Below, piece by piece: positions 47,091-57,188 of a DNA stretch of 64,000 nucleotides (position 1 is its first letter; each line of letters opens with the position of its first letter). Made by a program: the position numbers and the translations under genes. Source of the stretch: Nitrospirota bacterium (lineage in GTDB: Bacteria > Nitrospirota > UBA9217); the NCBI GenBank assembly GCA_035625205.1, contig DASPQB010000113.1, forward strand, positions 13,078 to 77,077, written 5' to 3'. The notes beneath the pieces were generated by a model that made no database searches, was not told the origin of the DNA, and worked only from the letters and a program-made list of their open reading frames with translations.

Positions 47091-48206
47091 ATGAATTTCC
47101 GTTTGCTAGCAGGGTTATTCATTGTCCTTCTGTTCATCAAACCCGCCCATGCCACCCAATCCACCATCACCGAAGCAGACGGCTATTCCTGCATGGGAGA
47201 CGACAAATCCCGAAAACAGACGGAGCAGGCCGCGATGATTGATGCGAAAAAAAATGCTGCAGAGTATACATCGACGTATATCAAAAGTGAAACTCAGGTA
47301 AAAGATTTTGCGCTCCAAAAAGACCTTGTCTCGGCCTACACCAACGCCGAAGTGAAAGTCATTGAAGATCTTGAAAAAGGATGGTATAAAGACCCCTCCT
47401 CCGGGGCTTGCTATAAAATAAAGATTAAGGCTGAGGTAACCCCTGACGAAAAGGCAATGGAAAAGCTATCCCAGGCCACTGCTGGTACGACTGACCAGGG
47501 GAATATCTATCTTCCTGTTGCTCCGCCTCCGGTATTTGGTATTGGACCATCTTCACAGACGGAAGTCGCCGCTCCTGATGTTGTGGTGATTCCTAGTGGA
47601 GAAACATATGTGTACATGGTGCCGAACACGACGGGGGTTTACTTTTACAGTGACTATTGGTATCGGTATTATGAAGGTTATTGGTTCCGGTCGCCTATCT
47701 ATGCAGGAAAGTGGGGAATGGTTACTCCAACCATGGTTCCTCGCGAGGTAGCGAACGTGCCGCCCGAATACCCTCACTATCTACCGCCCGATTATTACAG
47801 AATTCATTACAATGATCTCCACCAGCACTGGCAAGAATGGGACCACAACCACGAGTGGCACAACCGTGACTGGTACAAGACGGAAATGAAACCTGATGTC
47901 ATAGCTCACAGGCAAGCTCTCGTCAACCAGGAGCGAGAGCAGCATCGCATAGCGATAGAACGAAAACACCAGGAAGCTAAGCAACAGCTCCAGCAGCAAG
48001 AGCAGCAACGCATCCATATAGAACGCGAACATCAAGGGGTAACGCGTCTGACACAGCAGCAAGAACAGAACCGCTTACAAAAGGATCACAAGAGCCAAAG
48101 TGCACAGCGACAGATGCAGCAAGATCGTAAAACTAAGCATCAAGGCAAAGGAAAGGGCAAGAAAAAGAAAAAAGGCAAGCGACAAAAAAAGGATAAGCAC
48201 GAATAG
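47091..48206 (+). CDS. Secreted protein with an LPP20-like N-terminal domain, a Trp/Tyr-rich segment, a His/Trp/Gln-rich coiled region and a poly-Lys tail.
   Basis: Signal peptide MNFRLLAGLFIVLLFIKPAHA. An LPP20-like stretch GYSCMGDDKSRKQTEQAAMIDAKKNAAEYTSTYIKSETQV with a second Cys at ..GACYKIK... Then YFYSDYWYRYYEGYWFRSPIY. Then HYNDLHQHWQEWDHNHEWHNRDWY. A Q/E/R-rich repeat region. Ends ...KGKGKKKKKGKRQKKDKHE. Confidence 0.7.
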   Translation: MNFRLLAGLFIVLLFIKPAHATQSTITEADGYSCMGDDKSRKQTEQAAMIDAKKNAAEYTSTYIKSETQVKDFALQKDLVSAYTNAEVKVIEDLEKGWYKDPSSGACYKIKIKAEVTPDEKAMEKLSQATAGTTDQGNIYLPVAPPPVFGIGPSSQTEVAAPDVVVIPSGETYVYMVPNTTGVYFYSDYWYRYYEGYWFRSPIYAGKWGMVTPTMVPREVANVPPEYPHYLPPDYYRIHYNDLHQHWQEWDHNHEWHNRDWYKTEMKPDVIAHRQALVNQEREQHRIAIERKHQEAKQQLQQQEQQRIHIEREHQGVTRLTQQQEQNRLQKDHKSQSAQRQMQQDRKTKHQGKGKGKKKKKGKRQKKDKHE

Positions 48207-48789
48207 GATGCTCCTAAAACGTTAAGCCTGCGGAACGATGTCCTTGGGGCCAAAATGACCCTTGCCCTAGATGGTGTCATTGGGTGAACGATACTCCTGT
48301 AGCTGTTGAAGTTGCATATCTTTGAAACATATTAAATTATCTTCTATATATATGTTATGGCATACCGCGAACATACCTCATCGAAGTCCGTTTTATTTCT
48401 TGACAAAAAGTTGCACTCTTGTATAGTCAAAGCATCCTCGGAAATCCAACCACCTATGCACGAAACATTAGCAGTTTGAACTAAGGCAGCTGAAGACGGG
48501 CTTTCGGATTTGAACTTAAGACTGATTTTTGTGCCTTACCATAATAAACTTCATTGTCATAACTTCCTTACGTTCAGAACTCTGAATGAAATCAGCACCA
48601 TCATTTATCCTTACTCATACACCTGCGTGACCTTGTTTGATGAATACTGAATTCATGTGACCATAAGGGAAAGCAAGGGTTTTTTATTTATCTAGATATG
48701 GCTTAATAGCGGGTGAAATTATTAAGCAGAATCATTCCTGACGCCAACGAAGAGTTATTAATTCGTGCGGTCTCTAAGGAGGAAAAATT

Positions 48790-49077
48790 ATGAGTAAGCC
48801 GGAAAGCGAAGGAGTGTTGGCAGCTATTTCAAAAAATGAACGATACATACTAAGGCATTTAAAATTGTTTCAATTAGCAGGACTATGTGCTGCGCTTTTT
48901 GGGGCAGTAGGAATACTCACAGGCTTTCACAACGTTACATCTCGACCAATGGCACCCAATGAATCAGTTATTAATCGAGTTCTGATCTTTTTTTCATATA
49001 GTATCATCATGTTTGGTTGGCTTTTCTACATAATGGTTCGTCTTGTAGAAAAGCTTAAAAAACATTTTGATGTTTGA
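48790..49077 (+). CDS. Small membrane protein (2 TM), hypothetical.
   Basis: Strong RBS TAAGGAGG. 95 aa with two hydrophobic helices. Confidence 0.5.
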   Translation: MSKPESEGVLAAISKNERYILRHLKLFQLAGLCAALFGAVGILTGFHNVTSRPMAPNESVINRVLIFFSYSIIMFGWLFYIMVRLVEKLKKHFDV

Positions 49078-49111
49078 TTCGGTATCTTGGTGACAGGAGA
49101 TTTCGTTCCCT

Positions 49112-49348
49112 ATGTTGGACCAGCGGTTCAACTTGCTACAATCGGGCAATTATCGGGATTTGATTGATGCGTATAGTAAAGCAATAGAACTGAATCCGAA
49201 ATATGCGGAGGCATATTACGGTCGAAGGATTGCTTATCAGAAATTAGGAAATACTAATATGGTTATCCAAAATCTTAAGATAGCTGCGAAGTTAGGATAT
49301 AAACAAGCCCAAACCTATGTAACTTCGCAGGGAATAGAATGGCGATAA
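49112..49348 (+). CDS. Small TPR-repeat protein.
   Basis: A 78-aa ORF (..YSKAIELNPKYAEAYYGRRIAYQKLGN..) with the classic TPR consensus. Confidence 0.5.
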   Translation: MLDQRFNLLQSGNYRDLIDAYSKAIELNPKYAEAYYGRRIAYQKLGNTNMVIQNLKIAAKLGYKQAQTYVTSQGIEWR

Positions 49349-49715
49349 AACATTGCTGAGTTTGGGCTGTGTTCTCATTTCCTTGACTAAAAAGATTTCC
49401 TCGTGAGACACGACAAAAGCCCTTCAGAAACCCCGTTTCCCCGTTTTTTCAACCTCAATTTCATAACCCTGATTAGACATTAGATCTGATTCATATCGTT
49501 CCGATGAGTCCCAAAGATAATCGACTCTTCAAGCGATCGAACCATAGCACCGATCACAAATTCATTTTAAATCATTGCATTTTCTGATATAGTTTTCAAT
49601 TAGTAACTCCATCCTGAAACAATTGAGTATGCCAATCTTTGAAAAACTGTAATTTTTACACTGAATTGTGGATGATCGAAATGACGTCGTCGCCAAAAAA
49701 TACTGGGAGGCTTGC

Positions 49716-50237
49716 ATGGGAAATCTTATCAAAGGAGATATGGTTCGTCACGAACGATTCGGTATAGGCCGCATTGAGGAAACATCGGTTGGCGGGATCA
49801 AGCAGGACTGTACCGTCTACTTCCCCCGTCTGGACAAAAGCGTAGTTGCCTCGGAAGACGAACTCCAGATCCTCTCCGACACCGAAACCACTGCCTACGA
49901 AATGATGAAGCTTGCGGTATTCGAAGTCAGCCGTGAAGAGATACCGTGGACCGAGTTTGGGAACCGCTGGCAGGGAGGAGAGATGATCCTCAAGCCGGGT
50001 GATCCGAAGCTCGCGTCAAAGAGCGTTTCCATCGAAACCTTTTTTCACAAGATCGTGATGATCCGCGACCGTTTGCGGGTCATGGAAGCGCAGATCAATT
50101 CACACAAGGTCCTCACCGATGCCGAAAAGGTCGATTTGCAGCAATATATCACGCGCATTTATGGTTCACTCACCACCTTCAATATACTGTTTAAGGACAA
50201 GAGCGGCCACTTCATCGGGCAGAAGGGAGAGGCGTGA
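49716..50237 (+). CDS. Hypothetical protein.
   Basis: A GGGAGG RBS precedes ATG 49716. The translation MGNLIKGDMVRHERFGIGRIEETSVGG... is coding-like but has no family recognised. Confidence 0.5.
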   Translation: MGNLIKGDMVRHERFGIGRIEETSVGGIKQDCTVYFPRLDKSVVASEDELQILSDTETTAYEMMKLAVFEVSREEIPWTEFGNRWQGGEMILKPGDPKLASKSVSIETFFHKIVMIRDRLRVMEAQINSHKVLTDAEKVDLQQYITRIYGSLTTFNILFKDKSGHFIGQKGEA

Positions 50238-50387
50238 GGATGCAGGGGTAAATGCCCGATAAAGTCATATTCTAATTAGCACAAGAGGAGTTCTTTAATA
50301 AGAATATAAGCGTGAGCAGCCTGGCAAGAAAAATAATACTCGGATTCGCTTGTATCAGGCATGTTTTCCCAGCCAGAGGAGGCTTGT

Positions 50388-50894
50388 ATGGAAGGCAAAT
50401 GCGTATCGAACAGCAGCGTCATCATGGCGCAGATGATGATCCCCCAGGACGCGAACCCCGCAGGGAACGTCCACGGCGGTGTTGTCGTGAAGATCATCGA
50501 TGAGGCAGCCGGAGTGGTCGCCGCGCGACATACCCGTATGAACGTTGTCACTGCGTCCATCGACCGCATGGACTTTCATCACCCTATTTTCGTCGGCGAC
50601 CTCCTTTTTTTCAAGGCAAGCCTGAACTTTGTCGGTAAGACTTCCATGGAGATCGGCGTGCGCGTGGAGGCCGAAAACCTGAAGACCGGGGAGGTGCGCC
50701 ACGCAGCCTCGGCTTATCTCACCTACGTTGCCATAGACCACCAGGGTAAACCCGTGCCCGTCCCGCCGCTTATTCTCGAGACCGAGGAGGAACGGCGCAG
50801 AAACAACGACGCGCGCTCCCGCAGGTCCCTGCGGCTGGCCGAGCGGAACCGGCAGGCGCAGCACAAACTCGACTCGGACGCCCGTTCGCAATGA
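50388..50894 (+). CDS. Hotdog-fold acyl-CoA thioesterase (YciA-like).
   Basis: A GAGGAGG RBS precedes ATG 50388. The translation ..IMAQMMIPQDANPAGNVHGGVVVKIIDEAAGVVAARH..DRMDFHHPIFVGDLL.. is typical. Confidence 0.8.
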   Translation: MEGKCVSNSSVIMAQMMIPQDANPAGNVHGGVVVKIIDEAAGVVAARHTRMNVVTASIDRMDFHHPIFVGDLLFFKASLNFVGKTSMEIGVRVEAENLKTGEVRHAASAYLTYVAIDHQGKPVPVPPLILETEEERRRNNDARSRRSLRLAERNRQAQHKLDSDARSQ

Positions 50895-51057
50895 GGTTAT
50901 GATGACTGTGTAAGACCTAGAATCTGCAAAGATGGAATTCCTGATAAGGTTGTATAGTACAGCCAGTAACTAAATAATCAAGGGGATCATCTTTTAGGGT
51001 GAAGACGTACCTGAACTCGAGAAGATGACGATTCCACAGATCGGGGGGCTAGTAGCC

Positions 51058-51478
51058 TCAGGCATGTGGAAGAATAGTCGTTGATGAGCTGAAAATGGAC
51101 AGTAGATTGTCTTTCCAAAGCAGCTTTATTCCCCTGCTTTCCAATATTTCATTTGTGGCAGTGATAAAATCAAATACTTTGGCAATTCCCATATAAGGCA
51201 CAGCCTGATATACAATTTCTTTTATTTCAATCGGAGTTACCCCTCCATTCAACGCGCCACCGAGCATCACTTTATATTCGCCTAAAGCCTGGCTTGCAAT
51301 CATTGATCCCAGGATAACCATCAACCTTGTTCTGGTATCTAAGTTTCCATACCTCAGCACTTCGTCAAAGGCAAAATTGTCAAATACTTCTCTCAGTTCC
51401 GGATCTGTTTTTTTAATGTTGATTGATGATCCGGGAACAGTTCCTCATGGTTTTTGTCTGCTGTTTCACTTCTCCTCA
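51058..51478 (-). pseudogene. Carboxymuconolactone decarboxylase (CMD/AhpD-like) family gene with a -1 frameshift in an A7 run.
   Basis: The frame from ATG (complement 51476-51478) reads MRRSETADKNHEELFPDHQSTLKKQIRN then stop. A shift of one base (the A7 run at about 51404-51410 would need A8) gives ..STLKKTDPELREVFDNFAFDEVLRYGNLDTRTRLMVILGSMIASQALGEYKVMLGGALNGGVTPIEIKEIVYQAVPYMGIA.., a canonical CMD sequence. Confidence 0.6.
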
Positions 51479-51535
51479 TTGTTTAAAACCTCATTTTCAT
51501 ATCGTGAAGTCACCTTTTTTACTATGTTGATAAAT

Positions 51536-52027
51536 TCAACTCTTTAAGTTCGTGATGTTCATTTTCCCCAACCACTCCGATACCTCGTCTAGCGTGGTTT
51601 TCAAATCCTTTCCCCTAATTGCAACACCATCCAGCAAGGTCGATTTTGGGCAAAGTTTTGAAATATCCGTAATGCTTCGTCCCAGACCGCTTCCGCCGTG
51701 CGTGCAAAACGGTACAATGGTTTTTCCCGAGAAATCGTATTCCGACAAAAAGGTTTTGACTGGAGCGGGAAACGTGCTCCACCAAATAGGGTAGCCTATA
51801 AAAACCACATCATACGACTCGATATTCTCAATTTTTGTTTTTAATGCCGGTTTGTAGCCGGAATCCAGTTCTTGCCTTGCCTGTTTTACAACCGCATCGT
51901 AATCATGTGGATACGGCTGTACGGCCTGAACTTCAAAAATGTCGCCGCCCACGCTCTTGCAAATGTGGTTGGCGATTTCACGGGTATTGCCGCTGCGGGA
52001 AAAATAGGCCACCAGGATCTTTCTCAT
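51536..52027 (-). CDS. Flavodoxin-family FMN protein.
   Basis: MRKILVAYFSRSGNTREIA... (flavodoxin FMN-loop). 163 aa. Confidence 0.85.
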   Translation of the reverse strand: MRKILVAYFSRSGNTREIANHICKSVGGDIFEVQAVQPYPHDYDAVVKQARQELDSGYKPALKTKIENIESYDVVFIGYPIWWSTFPAPVKTFLSEYDFSGKTIVPFCTHGGSGLGRSITDISKLCPKSTLLDGVAIRGKDLKTTLDEVSEWLGKMNITNLKS

Positions 52028-52276
52028 ATCCGCCTCGTTTCGCGTCTATTCAGCAGACTTATCAGTAAAGTAAAACTCCTGTGCGGTACTCATGGGAGGG
52101 GAATCGCACCGGGATCTTGATCGTGATCGAGGCGAGAACTATTGATTGTATCCTTGCATATCGTAATATAGTTTTCCGTCAACCGTTCTTCCTTCTTTCC
52201 GGGTTCAGCAGATTTGATCATGGCATGCAAACGCTCTTCTCATATATGCCCGTAAAACTGCTTGGTAATCGATTTA

Positions 52277-53269
52277 TCAGTACCTAATCCGTACGACCCC
52301 GACCTTATTCATCCCGCTGCACGCGATGTAAATATCACCGCCTGGCGTTGGTGCAATGTTGCGGACAACCCCGCCGCCCGATGGAATATCCCATTTTGCA
52401 AATGTTGCTTCTTTCGGATCAAAGCGGACAACGGTGTTCGGTTCCAAACCTGATTCACTGTACCACACCATACTATCCGGCGTAATGGCAATGCCGTAAG
52501 GCCGTGAATCTTTTCCTCCCGGGGACAGCCACTCGTTGACTCTGCCGTTCTTCGGATCCAATCTCCCCAGATATCCCCGCTGATAGTCCGTGTAAAAAAT
52601 GATATCATCACGGGTAATTGCCAATCTTCGTGGTCGTGCGCCTTCCGGCAACAAGTATTCATTGATCTCCATCGTCTTCGGGTTAATTCTCCCGATTTTG
52701 TTCGTCCCGAATTCACAGAAAAAGGGCACTCCTCTTGAGTCTACAACAATTCCGTATGGTTTCGAATCAGCGGTGGGCGACGGTCTTAACGTAATGGTCC
52801 CGTTCTGGGGGTCGAGTCTACCTACAAAGTTTCCTAGTTGGACCGTAAACCAGAGCATACCTGCATGGTCGAATACCAGAGAGTGCGGATCGTGTGCTAA
52901 GTGGCTGGGCATGGGATATTCTTTCACCTTGCCGGTGCGCGGATCAAGCCTTCCTATATAGCCTTTGTAATTGGCGGTGAACCAAATATAGCCATCCGTA
53001 TCCACAGTGAGCCCGTGCGGCCCGGAATCTGGAGTCTTGAGCCGGTACTCCTTTATCGTTCCTGTCGCTGGATCGAGCTTCCCGATCGTGTTCGCAAGAA
53101 TGCCTGTATACCAGAGCGATCCGTCAGGCCCCACAGCAGGATCGTGGGGAAAGGATTTCGGTGTCGGTACGTCCCATTCTTTAATTGATGCCGTCCCGGT
53201 TCCGAAAGCGACGAGTGATACATAAGCAATACAGAGAATAAAGGGGGTATGGAGGTTTCTGCGGCTCAT
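52277..53269 (-). CDS. Secreted beta-propeller protein of the Vgb (streptogramin-lyase-like) family.
   Basis: Signal peptide. Repeated IGRLDP.TG...EY / GP.G...D.DG..WF blades. 330 aa. Confidence 0.7.
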   Translation of the reverse strand: MSRRNLHTPFILCIAYVSLVAFGTGTASIKEWDVPTPKSFPHDPAVGPDGSLWYTGILANTIGKLDPATGTIKEYRLKTPDSGPHGLTVDTDGYIWFTANYKGYIGRLDPRTGKVKEYPMPSHLAHDPHSLVFDHAGMLWFTVQLGNFVGRLDPQNGTITLRPSPTADSKPYGIVVDSRGVPFFCEFGTNKIGRINPKTMEINEYLLPEGARPRRLAITRDDIIFYTDYQRGYLGRLDPKNGRVNEWLSPGGKDSRPYGIAITPDSMVWYSESGLEPNTVVRFDPKEATFAKWDIPSGGGVVRNIAPTPGGDIYIACSGMNKVGVVRIRY

Positions 53270-54107
53270 TGAGATCTCCTCTGAAGGAATGACAATAGCC
53301 CACTCTGCTTAGTATTATTATACTCCTATTATACTCCGGTCTTGTCGACACCGTCGTATCGCTGCCGTTCTTGGGAAGCCAGTTGTTTCTTGATGAAAGA
53401 AAGACGCAGCAAATTACAATCCGTTGCGAATCCGGTTCTCAATATTCAAGATGGAATCTATTAAAAGTGAAGATAGGAATTTAAAAAAATAACTCATCAT
53501 GAATATAATTACGGCAGAAGTTCCCGCATTGATAAGAAACCTGAAGAACGCTTTAACCTGCGAGTATTTTAATCTAGGCGTCAAGGTAGCCTTATTCCTG
53601 GTCTGCGACCCGAGAAATTGACCCGCCTCTTCTGCCGTTAATGACTCTATTTTCTTTCCACGAAAAGATTTCAGAGTCAGAGTAGATGTGATAATCTTCA
53701 CATGCCAGAAATAGCACTGCAATTTTCTGGATTTGCTTCTGACATAGGCAAGGACTCGGACTGAGGATGCAATGGGGCATCAAGAGGCGTGATCTTATCC
53801 TGTATTGATTATATATTTTTAAAACCCTTAATTTGATCTAAAAGGTCCTATCACTCAAAAGACTAGCAAATGTTAGTAAGTCAGTCTTGTCCCATCTCAT
53901 GCCTTTCCTAATCCGTTCATCGACAAATATGCAAATATGAGTGATCCGCTATTGTCGGAAATGTCCAATGATTCCAAGTGAGGTGGAAAGTTGAAGTAGA
54001 GGACAAATGGCTCTAATCTTCGATAATCATGTTTGCAGGTCGACAAGCAAAATACAACCGTTTCGAAAATTTCGATAACACGCCAAGACACGAAAATTTA
54101 ATAAAAA

Positions 54108-54138
54108 TGTAATACGGGTGTAACAATGCCTGTGTATA
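54108..54138 (+). promoter_or_regulatory. Candidate Pho-box-like direct repeats (TGTAATA / TGTAACA / TGTGTAT at about 11-bp spacing) upstream of the first pstS.
   Basis: Three 7-mers begin at 54108, 54119 and 54131, about 40-65 nt upstream of the pstS ATG. An AAAGGAG RBS sits at 54161-54167. Confidence 0.3.
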
Positions 54139-54174
54139 GTGGCCCGTGGTAGCTCACTCTAAAGGAGAATTAAC

Positions 54175-55197
54175 ATGAAGGCTATGCGTTGGGGTTCGAT
54201 TGTTTTAGTTGTGGCGTTATTCATAGGTTTTACTGCATTGGGAGAAGCCTCCGACCTTGTAAAGCTGCAGGGTGCAGGGGCCAGCTTTCCCGCTCCGCTC
54301 TATTTCAAGTGGTTTAAAGCCTACAGCGGTTCACACAACAATGTGCAAATCGACTACCAATCGGTTGGCAGCGGTAGCGGTGTTAAGAGCTTCATGGACA
54401 AAACCGTGGACTTCGGCGCCAGCGATGCGGCAATGACACCGGAGGAGATGGCCCAGGTAGGCGCTGGGGTACAATGCCTCCCTATAACCGCCGGCAGTAT
54501 AGTGCTGGCATACAATGTACAGGGCGTGTCCGATTTGAAGCTATCCCGGAAAGCCTACGCTGACATCTTTTTGGGCAAGATCAAGAAGTGGAACGATCCC
54601 TTGATCGCCAAGTCCAACCCAGGAGTCAACCTTCCCGACATCCCAGTCAATGTAGTTGTGAGAGCCGACAGCAGCGGCACGACTTTTGTATTTACAAAGC
54701 ATTTGAGTGCCATTAGTCCTGACTTCGCCAAGAGTCCCGGCACCAATAAGATGCCTAACTGGCCAACAGGAACTCGTTCTAAAGGCAATGAGGGTGTCAC
54801 GGCAAGTATCAAGACGACGCCCGGGGCCATTGGCTACATCGAGTATGGCTATGCGAGAAGTCAGAAGCTTCCTATGGCAATCCTGGAGAACAAGTCAGGC
54901 AAGTATGTAACGGCTACTTCGGCATCAGGACAGGCTGCCCTCGCTTCAGCAAAAATACCAAGCGATCTGATAGCTTGGGTCTCTGACCCTGCTGCCAAGG
55001 ATGCCTATCCTATCGTCACTTACACCTGGCTTGTTTTTTACAAGAACTACCCTGACAAAAAGAAAACTTCGGTACTCAAGGACCTCTTGAAATACGTCGT
55101 GACTGACGGCCAGAAAGATGCTGATCCTCTTGGGTATATCCCTCTGCCAAAAGCCGTAAGCGAAAAAGTGATTACTGCACTTCAGAACATTCAGTAG
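54175..55197 (+). CDS. pstS: Phosphate ABC transporter substrate-binding protein.
   Basis: Signal peptide. GAGASFPAPLYFKWFKAY..YQSVGSGSG..DFGASDAAM.. is canonical PstS. Confidence 0.9.
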   Translation: MKAMRWGSIVLVVALFIGFTALGEASDLVKLQGAGASFPAPLYFKWFKAYSGSHNNVQIDYQSVGSGSGVKSFMDKTVDFGASDAAMTPEEMAQVGAGVQCLPITAGSIVLAYNVQGVSDLKLSRKAYADIFLGKIKKWNDPLIAKSNPGVNLPDIPVNVVVRADSSGTTFVFTKHLSAISPDFAKSPGTNKMPNWPTGTRSKGNEGVTASIKTTPGAIGYIEYGYARSQKLPMAILENKSGKYVTATSASGQAALASAKIPSDLIAWVSDPAAKDAYPIVTYTWLVFYKNYPDKKKTSVLKDLLKYVVTDGQKDADPLGYIPLPKAVSEKVITALQNIQ

Positions 55198-55209
55198 ACA
55201 GGTGCAATA

Positions 55210-56232
55210 ATGCCAGACATAAATCCAATATCAAGGCCACCTACGCGTTCTCAACAAATCGTGGATACTGCGTTCCGCTTGCTATGCTATGGTTTCGCGT
55301 GGCTTTCGGTCCTCATGGTGGCATTCATCATGCTGGAGATCGCTGCCAAGGCTGTGCCAGCTATGCGTCAGTACGGGCCCGGATTCCTCGTTGGAACCAC
55401 CTGGGACCCTAACACCGGACAGTTCGGGATTCTTCCGGAGATCTGGGGGACGCTCTACACATCTTTCCTTGCCCTGTTCATCGGTACGATCTTCGGGGTG
55501 GCGGCGGCAATATTCCTGAGCGAAGGGTTCCTGGCCCAAGCTGTGTTTCATATCTTGAAGGCTTTCAATCTGCAATTCCATCCGATGCTGGGCAAATTGC
55601 CCGACCGGATGGAGGCCGTGCTGAAGAACCTGATTGAACTGTTAGCCGCGATCCCAAGCGTCGTTTACGGGTTATGGGGCCTGTTTGTGATCATTCCCCT
55701 TATACGGCCTGCATGCAATTGGCTGAACCTGAAACTCGGGTGGATTCCCCTGTTTAGTACCACGCTGACTGGCCCCGGAGTGCTGCCGGCGGTTATCGTC
55801 CTGGCTATCATGATTCTACCAACGATTACGGCCATCAGTCGTGACGCCCTGGTGTCGGTGCCTCCGAAACTCCGGATGGCCGCCTACGGCATGGGTGCCA
55901 CGCGATGGGAGACCATCCTGGCGGTCATCATTCCTACAGCCTTCCGTGGTATTGTCGGGGCAGTCATTCTGGCTTTCGGACGCGCTCTGGGAGAGACGAT
56001 GGCACTGGCCATGCTCGTTGGGAACGCCAACCGAATCAGCGTTTCGTTGTTTTCCCCAGCAAACACCCTGGCGGCGCTCCTGGCCAACAACTTCCCGGAA
56101 GCTGCGAAGAAGGATGTAGGGGTGCTTATGTATGCGGCACTTGTCCTTCTGGCAATTACGCTGTTTGTCAACATCGCAGGGGCGCTCATCCTTCAGAGGG
56201 CATCAGCCGCACAGGAGGGGGGAAAGGCATGA
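55210..56232 (+). CDS. pstC: Phosphate ABC transporter permease.
   Basis: 340 aa, 6 TM, with the PstC-type EAA loop. Gene order supports the call. Confidence 0.88.
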   Translation: MPDINPISRPPTRSQQIVDTAFRLLCYGFAWLSVLMVAFIMLEIAAKAVPAMRQYGPGFLVGTTWDPNTGQFGILPEIWGTLYTSFLALFIGTIFGVAAAIFLSEGFLAQAVFHILKAFNLQFHPMLGKLPDRMEAVLKNLIELLAAIPSVVYGLWGLFVIIPLIRPACNWLNLKLGWIPLFSTTLTGPGVLPAVIVLAIMILPTITAISRDALVSVPPKLRMAAYGMGATRWETILAVIIPTAFRGIVGAVILAFGRALGETMALAMLVGNANRISVSLFSPANTLAALLANNFPEAAKKDVGVLMYAALVLLAITLFVNIAGALILQRASAAQEGGKA

Positions 56233-57176
56233 ACACGAAAGATATCGCCTTGAAACCACCTATGCAACCCCTTAGACCTGACATAAATCCATTTGCCGGC
56301 GTGGACTTCCCTGAACTGGAGAAATCCCTCCGGCGTCCCCGCACGCTTGTTGGCCTGCTCCTGAGCAGCCTGGTATCTGCGATGACGCTGTTGGCTCTGG
56401 TTCCCCTGTTCTCCGTGTTGTTGATGTTGCTCTGGCGTGGCGGCCAGAGACTCAGCCTGGCTATCTTCACGCAATTGCCGCCCGCGCCATTGGAGCAAGG
56501 CGGGGGATTCGGAAACGCAATCCTCGGCACACTGATTATGGTCGCCTTCGCAGCATTGATCAGTATACCGCTCGGAATTCTCAGCGCTGTGTACCTGGCT
56601 CAGGCGAGGCCGGAGAGCCCTCTCGCCGGCGCGGTCAGATTCGGGGCCAAGATCTTAACAGGGTTTCCGTCTATCCTTGCCGGCGTGTTCGCCTATGGCG
56701 TCCTGGTACTGGCTTTTGGCGGCTACTCCGCGATCGCAGGAGGTGTTGCCCTTTCAATACTGATGCTGCCGACTATCATCCTGACCGCTGAAGACTCCAT
56801 CCGTATGGTTCCGGCAAAGATGCGGGAAGCGTCAATCGGGATGGGGGCTACTCCCACGCAGACCACCTGGATGGTCCTCTTGCCTACAGCCATGCCCGGC
56901 ATTCTTACCGGTATCATGCTTGCGGTAGCCCGCGCAGCTGGTGAAACCGCGCCATTGCTCTTCACAGCCCTTTTCAGCAACTACTGGATATTCGGGGGTG
57001 GATTTGACCTCAATCAGCCGACTGCGTCTTTAGCGGTGCTCATATATAACTTTGCAAGCATGCCCTTTGAGAACCAGGTAGACCTCGCCTGGGTGGCGGC
57101 ACTAGTTCTCGTATTGCTGGTGTTGATCACCAATCTTATCGGGCAGGCGTTCTCACGCCGTCAAATTCAGGATTAG
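56229..57176 (+). CDS. pstA: Phosphate ABC transporter permease.
   Basis: ATG 56229 overlaps the pstC TGA (ATGA). The sequence MNTKDIALKPP... is PstA-like. The track ORF extended from 55905 is an overlap artefact. Confidence 0.88.
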   Translation: MNTKDIALKPPMQPLRPDINPFAGVDFPELEKSLRRPRTLVGLLLSSLVSAMTLLALVPLFSVLLMLLWRGGQRLSLAIFTQLPPAPLEQGGGFGNAILGTLIMVAFAALISIPLGILSAVYLAQARPESPLAGAVRFGAKILTGFPSILAGVFAYGVLVLAFGGYSAIAGGVALSILMLPTIILTAEDSIRMVPAKMREASIGMGATPTQTTWMVLLPTAMPGILTGIMLAVARAAGETAPLLFTALFSNYWIFGGGFDLNQPTASLAVLIYNFASMPFENQVDLAWVAALVLVLLVLITNLIGQAFSRRQIQD

Positions 57177-57188
57177 GAGTGTCTCGAC

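Noticed and set aside
53414-53783. ORFs 53414..53722 and 53592..53783 (-) upstream of the Vgb-like gene.
   Set aside because: AT-rich low-complexity translations in a 900-bp spacer, with no RBS or family resemblance.
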